Assembly: GCF_000020025.1 (NCBI RefSeq)
Contig: NC_010628.1
Span: 5,550,001 to 5,582,000, forward strand
Direction: 5' to 3'
DNA length: 32,000 bases
DNA from: Nostoc punctiforme PCC 73102
Lineage (GTDB): Bacteria > Cyanobacteriota > Cyanobacteriia > Cyanobacteriales > Nostocaceae
A program made the translations under genes and the position numbers. The notes beneath the pieces are model-generated. The model was not told the origin of the DNA. It did no database searches and saw only the letters and a list, made by a program, of their open reading frames with translations. Below, one piece after another: positions 1-7,890 of this stretch. The first letter of the stretch is position 1. Every line of letters starts with the position of its first letter.

Positions 1-492
1 AAATAAGCAGATAGTTACATATATCTCAACCAAACAGAAAGACTTCATCAACGGCTTGTTAGAATAACCGATCACAGCCAGATCGCTGAGAATATCCACA
101 GTCAAAACACCTTCAAAGGCGATCGCGTCAATAACTCTATAAACATACTCCTAGTTTGTTCAAATAAAGTACGACGCAACTGTGCTTCTGCAATCCCAAA
201 GCGCTTGCTAATTTCTGATAAATCCCAAATTAGCCATAGTCATTATTTCTTTAGGGATGCTTTCTCAACTATTAGTCACTAGGAATGCGTCAACTACCTC
301 TAGCGAGTTTTTATTTTTATGACCCTGAATATCGAGTGTAATATTAGTCATCTTGCTGAATACAATAAAGCACACAGGAAATTCATAAATAGCAATTAAT
401 CAGCGTGAATTTAAAGATGACTTTAAAAATGGCTCAGTAGATATATTTTGTGAGAAAGTTAATACAAAGGTATATTCACTGATTTCAAATTC

Positions 493-975
493 ATGGATTC
501 TTTATCTATCAATTCCTTACTTGAAGAGTTGAAAAACCCCGATGCTACAGTCCGGGACAAAGCAACCAGAAAAATTTGGCGGATCTGGTTTCAGCAAAAG
601 GGAATCTATGGGCTGGAAATAATTGACCGTAGTCAAAAGTTACTAGATGCGGGTGAAATTGCTGAAGCTGAAACAGCGCTAACGGCACTAATTAAAGACC
701 AGCCAGATTTTGCCGAAGCCTGGAATCGTCGTGCTTTCCTCTATTACAGTATTGGTGATTATCAAAAATCTCTGGCAGATTGTCAGATGGTTGTACAAAT
801 AAATCCGATACATTTTGGGGCACTTCACGGGATGGGGTTGTGTTATGCAGCACTAGGAGAATATGGTGAAGCGATCCGAGCTTTTAAACGTGCTTTAGAA
901 ATTCAGCCCTATTCACTAGTGAATCAAAAGTTGATTCTAGAATGTACATTTAGATTCAGCTATGACGGCAGATAG
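493..975 (+). CDS. TPR-repeat protein (160 aa)
   Basis: Intact ORF. Consecutive 34-aa TPR-like units, e.g. AEAWNRRAFLYYSIGDYQKSLADCQMVVQINP and GALHGMGLCYAALGEYGEAIRAFKRALEIQP. Confidence 0.7.
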   Translation: MDSLSINSLLEELKNPDATVRDKATRKIWRIWFQQKGIYGLEIIDRSQKLLDAGEIAEAETALTALIKDQPDFAEAWNRRAFLYYSIGDYQKSLADCQMVVQINPIHFGALHGMGLCYAALGEYGEAIRAFKRALEIQPYSLVNQKLILECTFRFSYDGR

Positions 976-996
976 GAGAGAGCATCATACTATTTT

Positions 997-1469
997 ATGA
1001 ATCTGTCATTACCCTCATCAACAGCAATTCATCGCCTTAGTCACTGCAATTTTATTCAATACGCTTCTATCTGGATTGGTAGCAGCGTTATTGCTGCTTG
1101 TACTAACAGCAACTAACCATCAACTAGCAATTCTCAATTGGATAAACTTACGTTTGGTAAAGACTGGATAGCACAAGCAGAACACGGCGAATTTTACCAG
1201 GTGATAGCTACTGGTATCTAGAAAGACTACGGTTTAGATGTCAATATCAAAATGAGTAACTTTCAGCTTTCCAGCGCTACTCAATTATAGATGGGGGGTA
1301 CGGTAGATTTCTTTATGGCATTGATGCCGTGAACGCAATAGCACAAAGTATTCCCAAAATTACAGTCGCAGCAATTTTCCAGAAAAACCTCTGGTGTCTT
1401 ATTACACATCCCAACCCAGCAATTAAAATCCTTGCCTACTTCAAAGGCAAACCAATTTATATTAAATAA
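997..1469 (+). pseudogene. Decayed, truncated remnant of an NMT1/THI5-like ABC transporter substrate-binding lipoprotein
   Basis: ATG at 997 gives a signal peptide with lipobox (FIQYASIWIGSSVIAAC). In-frame stops follow at 1114 (TAA), 1219 (TAG) and 1288 (TAG). Conserved-looking text LTFGKDWIAQAEHGEFYQVIATGI*KDYGLDVNIK continues after a frameshift near 1310-1320 as IDAVNAIAQSIPKITVAAIFQKNLWCLITHPNPAIKILAYFKGKPIYIK*. Only about 150 codons remain. Confidence 0.6.
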
Positions 1470-1577
1470 GTGGCATGAAAGTGCTGTAAAAAATGAGAAT
1501 TAAAATTTAAAAACACAGAGGAGTTAATTCTCTGCAAACCCGTGCGTCCCTATGCGTCAAAAAAAAGGATATCAACT

Positions 1578-2918
1578 ATGACGATAAAATTGGATGCCCT
1601 GATTAATTCTTTAGAAGGTATAGAAACGATTACTGATTCAGCCCAAGTAGCAAAATTATCCCAGGATTATCACAACTTTAGCCCAGTACTTGTACCGAAA
1701 CTAGAGGGGAAAGTTGGGGATATTGTAGTGCGTCCCGCCAATGAAGCAGAGGTTTTAAAAGTTGCAGCCGCCTGTGCAAAACATCGTATACCCGTGACAG
1801 TGAGGGGCGCGGGAACAGGAAATTATGGGCAATGCGTACCCTTACATGGCGGTGTAATTTTAGATATGACGCGGATGCAAGGGATTCCTTGGGTAAAACC
1901 GGGGGTGGCGCGGGTAGAAGCTGGCGTGAAGTTAGCGGCTTTGGATAAAAAAGCCAGAGAGATTGGCTGGGAAATTCGGATGGCACCCTCGACTTACCGC
2001 ACAGCGACAATTGGCGGATTTATTGCTGGGGGAAGTGGGGGTGTTGGCTCGATCCAATATGGGTTACTAAGCGATCGCGGTAATATCTTAGCACTGCGAG
2101 TAGTAACTGTAGAAGATGAACCCCGTGCGATCGAATTACACGGTGATGATGTACACAAGGTGAATCATGCTTGGGGAATTAACGGTATTATTACCGAAGT
2201 AGAAATCCCCTTGGGGCCAGCTTATCCTTGGGCAGAAGTTATTGTCACATTTGACGACTTTATGACAGCAGCAAAATTTGGTCAGGCCCTTGGTAATGCT
2301 GATGGCATGATTAAAAAGTTGATTTCTGTTTTTGCATCCCCAATACCCCAATACTTTCACGCCCTACAACAGTACATTCCTGAAGGGACTCACGCAGTAT
2401 CTTTGATAATTGCTGAATCGAGTTTGGAATTTTTACCGGGTTTGGTGCAGCAATACGGCGGCCAAATTACTTATGAAAAACCAGCCGAGGAAGCAGCCAA
2501 AGGAACACATTTAATAGAATTTAGCTGGAACCACACTACCTTACACGCCCGGAGTGTAGATACTACAATTACCTACTTACAAAGTATGTTCCCTAGCGAT
2601 TGCAGTTTGCAAGTGGTAGAGCAGTTTTATCATCACTTTGGTGATGAAGTGATGATGCATTTAGAATTTTTTCGCCTGAACGGTGCTGTAGTTATTGCTG
2701 GTTTGCAACTTGTTCGCTACACCACAGAAGAACGCCTCAATGAAATTATTCGCTATCACGAAGAACAAGGTGTAAGTATTGGCAATCCCCACACGTATAT
2801 TATGGAAGACGGAGGCAGAAAAGTTATTGCTCCTGAACAGTTAAAATTTAAAGAAATAGTTGACCCATATCGGTTGATGAATCCTGGTAAAAGCAAGGTT
2901 ATTCAATTACCAATTTAA
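1578..2918 (+). CDS. FAD-binding (PCMH/FAD_binding_4 type) oxidoreductase
   Basis: Long ORF with VRGAGTGNYGQ and a glycine-rich GGFIAGGSGGVGS segment. Start placed at ATG 1578 (MTIKLD) because the tracked 1542 extension lies inside a dispersed GC-rich repeat (gtgcgtccctatgcgtc). Confidence 0.8.
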   Translation: MTIKLDALINSLEGIETITDSAQVAKLSQDYHNFSPVLVPKLEGKVGDIVVRPANEAEVLKVAAACAKHRIPVTVRGAGTGNYGQCVPLHGGVILDMTRMQGIPWVKPGVARVEAGVKLAALDKKAREIGWEIRMAPSTYRTATIGGFIAGGSGGVGSIQYGLLSDRGNILALRVVTVEDEPRAIELHGDDVHKVNHAWGINGIITEVEIPLGPAYPWAEVIVTFDDFMTAAKFGQALGNADGMIKKLISVFASPIPQYFHALQQYIPEGTHAVSLIIAESSLEFLPGLVQQYGGQITYEKPAEEAAKGTHLIEFSWNHTTLHARSVDTTITYLQSMFPSDCSLQVVEQFYHHFGDEVMMHLEFFRLNGAVVIAGLQLVRYTTEERLNEIIRYHEEQGVSIGNPHTYIMEDGGRKVIAPEQLKFKEIVDPYRLMNPGKSKVIQLPI

Positions 2919-3071
2919 AATTAGCAACCTACAGAAACACATACAGCAGACTTCAAGTTGGGTGTTATATACAAGCTAAGTCTCAAAGGTAAGAATAAAG
3001 CGGGTTTTAGTTCTGTTAGCGTAGCCGATTCTGACTCCTTAATTCTGCTGTCTCAGAACTTTCTCTTTATA

Positions 3072-3893
3072 ATGAACACTGAAATAAACTCCAGAATACC
3101 TGTTGCGTTAACCATTGCTGGTTCAGATAGCGGTGGTGGTGCAGGAATTCAAGCTGATTTACGCACCTTTGCTTTTCACTGTGTCCACGGTACTAGCGCT
3201 ATAACCTGCGTCACGGCACAAAACACTCTAGGAGTGAAAAGGGTCGATGCTATGGCAACAGAGGCTGTTGTGGCGCAAATTCAGGCAGTAGTTGAGGATA
3301 TTGGCGTACAATCTGCCAAAACCGGGATGTTACTCAATCAAGAAATTATTTTTGCTGTTGCCCAGCAGGTAGAAGCTTTAGAAATCGAGAATCTAGTTGT
3401 TGATCCAGTAATGGTGTCACGTACAGGGGCACAATTGATTGATGATGATGCTGTGAAGACTCTATCTCATACCCTGATTCCCAAGGCGGTTATCATCACG
3501 CCGAATCGCTACGAGGCCCAGATTTTGAGTGAGTTAGAAATTAATTCCGTAGAGGATATGCAAGCTGCTGCCGAAATTATTCACAAGACTTTACGGACGA
3601 AGGCTGTTTTAGTCAAGGGCGGCGGTATGCAGGGAGATTTGCGTGGCGTTGATATCTGGTTTGATGGGAACAAGTTGGAAATTTTGACTTGTCAGCAAGT
3701 AGAGACAAAAAATACTCACGGTACTGGTTGTACACTATCAGCTGCGATCGCTGCTAATCTGGCTAAGGGAAATGACTTGTGGTCGTCAGTGCAACAGGCT
3801 AAGGAGTATGTGACTACTGCACTCACTCACGCCCTAGATATTGGCAAAGGGCAAGGCCCTGTAGGACACTTCTTCCCATTGTTACGAAATTAA
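3072..3893 (+). CDS. thiD: Hydroxymethylpyrimidine/phosphomethylpyrimidine kinase
   Basis: Motifs LTIAGSDSGGGAGIQADL and THGTGCTLSAAIAANLA. Start moved to ATG 3072 (MNTEINSRIPVAL); the tracked N-terminal 38 aa look non-homologous. Confidence 0.9.
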   Translation: MNTEINSRIPVALTIAGSDSGGGAGIQADLRTFAFHCVHGTSAITCVTAQNTLGVKRVDAMATEAVVAQIQAVVEDIGVQSAKTGMLLNQEIIFAVAQQVEALEIENLVVDPVMVSRTGAQLIDDDAVKTLSHTLIPKAVIITPNRYEAQILSELEINSVEDMQAAAEIIHKTLRTKAVLVKGGGMQGDLRGVDIWFDGNKLEILTCQQVETKNTHGTGCTLSAAIAANLAKGNDLWSSVQQAKEYVTTALTHALDIGKGQGPVGHFFPLLRN

Positions 3894-4122
3894 CCTCGTA
3901 TTCAGTTATCAAGAGGACTGAGAACTTGGGCAGGGAGCAGAGGAGAAGAGTTTTCCCCTCTGCCCCCGCACCCCGCCCCTCTGCCTCTTTCCAATGCCTC
4001 AATAACAAATCTTTGCCCTTTCGGAATTTTTCTATTATTCTTGGGCATAGTTTCAGGGTTGACTATCTCTGTTAGCATCTCTGTACGATCTACTTACCTT
4101 GATTTTTAATACCAAGCCACCG

Positions 4123-4731
4123 ATGCGAACAACCATAGGTTCTGTTCACAGAAATTCGTCAACACCGACTACTCAAGCCTACCCTCCCTCTGTACCACTA
4201 TCTGTATACAGAGAATTGTCAGCAGAGTTGCAAGCAGCACAGGCAAGGCTAAATGCACTCACTACCCAAAATCAGCAACTAACACAAGAAAATCAGCTAT
4301 TACGCCAAGAAATTATTAAAGTTGTTGATTCTTTTTCTTATTTGCAAAATTTTGTGGATTCCCATGTTACGCCTAGCTATCAGCAAGCCACCCAAGCTTC
4401 TAGCGGTGTGAAAAGCGCTGTTAAAGTGCCAGTAACTCAAGTGCCTCCACGTCAGCAGGTTGCCCATCCGCGTCCACCTGTTGTCTCCAAAGCCCCACCC
4501 GAAAAAAGCCACCGCCAAAACTTTGCGACACCTGTAATGGAAATGAATTTCCCCATACAAGAACCAGTTTTTATAGAAGAGCAACAAGTAAGTTATTATT
4601 CCACTACTGAGTCAGATCCCAAGGGACTCAATGGCTGGTGGTTAATTATCACCATCTTGCTAATTATGCTTACTGCCTTTAGCGCTGGATATTTCGTTGT
4701 ACGTCCTTTGTTTGAACATCAGAAACGTTAG
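4123..4731 (+). CDS. Hypothetical coiled-coil protein with C-terminal transmembrane anchor
   Basis: ORF with Q/L-rich heptad segment (LSAELQAAQARLNALTTQNQQLTQENQLLRQEI), a Pro-rich linker and a terminal TM helix (WWLIITILLIMLTAFSAGYFVV). The tracked start 4099 is TTG; ATG 4123 is preferred. Confidence 0.6.
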   Translation: MRTTIGSVHRNSSTPTTQAYPPSVPLSVYRELSAELQAAQARLNALTTQNQQLTQENQLLRQEIIKVVDSFSYLQNFVDSHVTPSYQQATQASSGVKSAVKVPVTQVPPRQQVAHPRPPVVSKAPPEKSHRQNFATPVMEMNFPIQEPVFIEEQQVSYYSTTESDPKGLNGWWLIITILLIMLTAFSAGYFVVRPLFEHQKR

Positions 4732-5058
4732 TTGACACTCCCACAGTCAGCAGCAGGCTAACGAGCAATTTCTCTGCAATCACTCTCTAAATATCTGAAG
4801 ATATCTGCTAAATAGCGGAATTTATCTATTTTTAGGTTATAAAAGCTACATAATATGCTAGCTTGACAGCAAATTCTTTATATTAGAACCTCAAAGATTA
4901 TTTAATCAATAAATCCTTGCTGGTTCTCATGTCTCAAACATCAGGCAAAGAATCTACACTTTAAAAAAGTGGTAATTATTACATATCTTTTAGGAAAAGC
5001 ACTGGTAGTTACAGCTTCAGACAAAGGATCTGGTTAGATATATAAACGAAGCTAGTAG

Positions 5059-5415
<357 letters not shown>

Positions 5416-5505
5416 AAAAGTTAGGAGTTAAGAGTTAAAAGTTATGGGTTGTGAGTCAGGACTAAATGAATGAAGATTTAACAGAATTCATAAATCCTAA
5501 CTCTT

Positions 5506-5568
5506 GTACAGACGCGATTAATCGCGTCTGTACTCTTAACTTTTGTACAGACGCGATTAATCGCGTCT
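5506..5568. repeat. Two tandem copies of a palindromic element (GTACAGACGCGATTAATCGCGTCTGTAC)
   Basis: 5506-5533 is a perfect 28-nt palindrome. A second copy lies at 5545-5568. A third, degenerate copy is at 25901-25928. Preceded by heptamer-periodic sequence (ggagtta agagtta aaagtta, 5420-5460). Confidence 0.85.
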
Positions 5569-6141
5569 CTTAATTCTCTCCAGCTGCGGCAGTAAAGCTG
5601 TAAAAGCCTTGCCTCGATGACTTATTGAACCCTTCAACTCTCGTGTCATCTCAGCAAAGGTCAATTGCAACTCTTGGACATAAAAAATTGGATCGTACCC
5701 GAAGCCACTATCACCACGGGGCGCGTGAAGAATTTCACCACGACAAATACCTTCAGATTCTAATACGATCGCACCATCAGGACGAGCGATCGCTACTGCA
5801 CAAACAAATTGTGCTTGTCGATTTACCTCGTTGCCTAATTCTTTCAATAACCTAGCAATCCGTTCTGAGTCAGTTTTGGCGTAACGTGCAGAATAAACCC
5901 CTGGTGCGCCATTTAGAGCATCTACTTGCAAACCCGAATCATCAGCAATCGCCCAGTTCCCCGTAGCTTTAGCAATTTGTGATGCTTTCAAACAAGCATT
6001 AGCGGCAAAGGTTTCGCCCGTCTCTTCAATATCCAATTCTTCAGGTTTGAGGGTTAATTCCCAACCAGAATTTTTCAGGTAAGCTTGCATTTCTCGCAAC
6101 TTACCTGGATTTCCTGTGGCTACTACAAGTAATTTGGTCAT
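5557..6141 (-). CDS. rdgB: Non-canonical purine NTP pyrophosphatase (RdgB/HAM1 family)
   Basis: Motifs VATGNPGKLREM, FGYDPIF and SHRGKA. The last codons and stop (IKRRD*) lie inside palindrome copy 2. Confidence 0.9.
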   Translation of the reverse strand: MTKLLVVATGNPGKLREMQAYLKNSGWELTLKPEELDIEETGETFAANACLKASQIAKATGNWAIADDSGLQVDALNGAPGVYSARYAKTDSERIARLLKELGNEVNRQAQFVCAVAIARPDGAIVLESEGICRGEILHAPRGDSGFGYDPIFYVQELQLTFAEMTRELKGSISHRGKAFTALLPQLERIKRRD

Positions 6142-6222
6142 TGGTAATTAGTCATTGGTCATTAGTAATTAGTCATTGGTCATTTACTAAGGACAAAGGA
6201 CAAATGACTAATGACTAATAAT
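6139..6222. repeat. STRR-like heptamer array (about 12 units)
   Basis: 7-nt phased units: cattggt aattagt cattggt cattagt aattagt cattggt catttac taaggac aaaggac aaatgac taatgac taataat. It contains the TTGGTCA-type STRR unit. Left and right halves are reverse complements (agtcatt vs aatgact), so an imperfect long hairpin is possible. Confidence 0.8.
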
Positions 6223-6227
6223 GAATT

Positions 6228-7664
6228 TTACCCCGCCCACTGTTTCGCCCAAGCAAGAGTTTGATGCACTTGCTCAATTGTCGAGGCTTCGCAGTAGAGC
6301 CGTAAAACTGGCTCAGTCCCGCTAAACCGAATCATTAACCAGCTTTGATCGGCGAGGCGATATTTGTAGCCGTCAATTGTTTGGCAATCAATTACTGCTA
6401 ACCCTGCAATTTCTGTTAAGGGTTTGGTTTGCAGCTGTTGCAAAAGACGCGATCGCACTTCCATACTTGCTAAGGGTAAATCAATGCGATCGTAAGCTGA
6501 GGTAAACCCTGTTTGTTTTTGCAAGTAGCGATTATACTCGCCTAAATCCAAACCAGATTCTACGATCGCCTCTAGGACGTATAAAGCTGACAGCAGGGCA
6601 TCGCGTTCGGGAATATGACTGCCATAGCCAATTCCTCCCGATTCTTCGCCACCTAGCAACACTTTTGCTACTAACATTCTGTCAGCGATGTATTTATAAC
6701 CAACTGCTGTCTCAAAGACTGACAGGTTATGCAGTGCTGCTACAAGGGGCATCAAGTCGGAACCACTGACAGTTTTGACTATTTCACCACTAAAGTTGCG
6801 CCGCAGAGTTAGGTGGTCGATTAATATCGGTATTAATACTTGGGAACTTAGGAAGTTTGCTTCCCCATCTACTGCTGCAATGCGATCGCAGTCTCCATCA
6901 AATACCAACCCCACTGTTAAACCTGATTTATCGGTTTCTCGGTGAGTCTTGATGACTTCAAATAGCTTTGAAAGGTATTTAGGTAAGGGTTCCGGCGCAC
7001 CGCCACCAAAAAGGGGGTCGCGTTGTGAGTTGATTTCTTTGACTTGATTGCCTAGTAGTCTCGCCAATCCGCCAGCCGCAGCGCCATGCATGACATCTGC
7101 AAATAACGTCAATTTGCCAGATGCGATCGCTTCTCGAAGTTTGGCGATATCAACTTTACGTTCTAGTGCTTGGGTATAACTGGGCCAAGGATCGAATTTC
7201 TCTTGCTTACCTGGGGTAGCTGCTAGAGGTACTCCCACTGACAACTGCTCTTCTATCTTTTTTGTGACTTCTGACGGTACCGATCCACCAAAATAACCCT
7301 TGACTTTTAAACCCAAATATTTACCAGGGTTGTGGCTGGCCGTAATTACCAGCGCCCCTAAAGCATTGAGTTCTTTTGCTGCCCAACTATAAGCTGGGGT
7401 TGGAGCATAGTCCTCGCTCAATAGCACATCAAATCCCACAGCACTGACAGTATCGGCGACAGCACGAGCAAAGTCTTCAGCCATGAATCGGCGATCGTAA
7501 CCGACAATTATTGTCCGGCTACCCACCGTAGAAAAATACGTATCATATAATACTTTTGCGGCAACTGGCGCGACCAGGGCTAGACGTTCAAAGGTGAACT
7601 CGTCACCGATAACGCCCCGCCAGCCGTCTGTACCAAACTTAATTGAGTTAGTTACAACTGGCAT
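6228..7664 (-). CDS. Alpha-D-phosphohexomutase family protein (phosphoglucomutase/phosphomannomutase)
   Basis: 478-aa ORF with FGTDGWRG at the N-terminus, active-site loop TASHNPGKYLGLK, metal-binding DGDCDR and GEESGG sugar-binding loop. Confidence 0.9.
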   Translation of the reverse strand: MPVVTNSIKFGTDGWRGVIGDEFTFERLALVAPVAAKVLYDTYFSTVGSRTIIVGYDRRFMAEDFARAVADTVSAVGFDVLLSEDYAPTPAYSWAAKELNALGALVITASHNPGKYLGLKVKGYFGGSVPSEVTKKIEEQLSVGVPLAATPGKQEKFDPWPSYTQALERKVDIAKLREAIASGKLTLFADVMHGAAAGGLARLLGNQVKEINSQRDPLFGGGAPEPLPKYLSKLFEVIKTHRETDKSGLTVGLVFDGDCDRIAAVDGEANFLSSQVLIPILIDHLTLRRNFSGEIVKTVSGSDLMPLVAALHNLSVFETAVGYKYIADRMLVAKVLLGGEESGGIGYGSHIPERDALLSALYVLEAIVESGLDLGEYNRYLQKQTGFTSAYDRIDLPLASMEVRSRLLQQLQTKPLTEIAGLAVIDCQTIDGYKYRLADQSWLMIRFSGTEPVLRLYCEASTIEQVHQTLAWAKQWAG

Positions 7665-7890
7665 CTAGGTATCCTAACTGTCTACTTGAGGATTTTAGCA
7701 TTTATACAGTGTATAAAGTAAAAAAAGAATCTAGTAATATTATGTACTAATAATATTCAGCACAAAAGTGAGCAAATTTGTGCAATAGAGTGCATAGACT
7801 GATAGTGATTTGTCTTCAGCCAGCGCTTTTTGGCTCCCAAGTAAAATCTGCGTATCTGCGTGAGCTTGGTTATTTATGTATGGCTGAATT

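Noticed and set aside
1-240. Short minus-strand reading frames at the left edge: a helix-turn-helix-like text WDLSEISKRFGIAEAQLRRTLFEQ, followed in another frame by an open frame running off the window.
   Set aside because: There is no proper start codon, the frames are broken, and it is too short and truncated by the window edge to support a call. It could be a gene fragment or degenerate HTH remnant.
1678-2360. Antisense ORFs 1678-2010(-) and 2136-2360(-). The same issue applies to the many other tracked short ORFs that lie antisense to or inside larger genes: 3823-4008, 4300-4587, 5052-5279, 5113-5370, 5625-5855, 10386-10577, 11858-12162, 12354-12560, 15143-15325, 15827-16171, 16425-16748, 16773-17012, 17103-17477, 18857-19156, 20830-21051, 21223-21483, 22147-22356, 22612-22839, 28082-28342, 29207-29446, 30734-30919, 30966-31157, 31263-31448, 31638-31877.
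   Set aside because: Each overlaps a longer ORF with clear family motifs on the other strand or frame, has low-complexity or odd composition, and shows no motif of its own. These are most likely shadow ORFs.
1542-3071. N-terminal extensions in the ORF track: 1542, 2958, 4099 (TTG), 17611 (TTG), 19080 (TTG), 22832, 26025 and 31014 (TTG).
   Set aside because: The extensions run through repeats or promoter regions, use TTG, or add non-homologous or hydrophobic residues ahead of an ATG where family-typical sequence begins. Downstream ATG starts were used instead, though these are unverified.
3931-3996. G-rich/C-rich sequence after thiD as an intrinsic terminator.
   Set aside because: The complementarity between gggcagggagcagagg and the C-rich tract is only partial and there is no clear T-tract. 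I treat it as a member of the dispersed C-rich repeat family rather than a confident terminator.
4836-4884. Possible NtcA site upstream of glnB: GTT-N8-TAC at 4836-4849, with a TATATT box at 4879-4884.
   Set aside because: It deviates from GTA-N8-TAC, and the -10-like box is ~29 nt downstream rather than the ~22 nt expected for NtcA-activated promoters. No canonical site was found elsewhere in 4732-5076.
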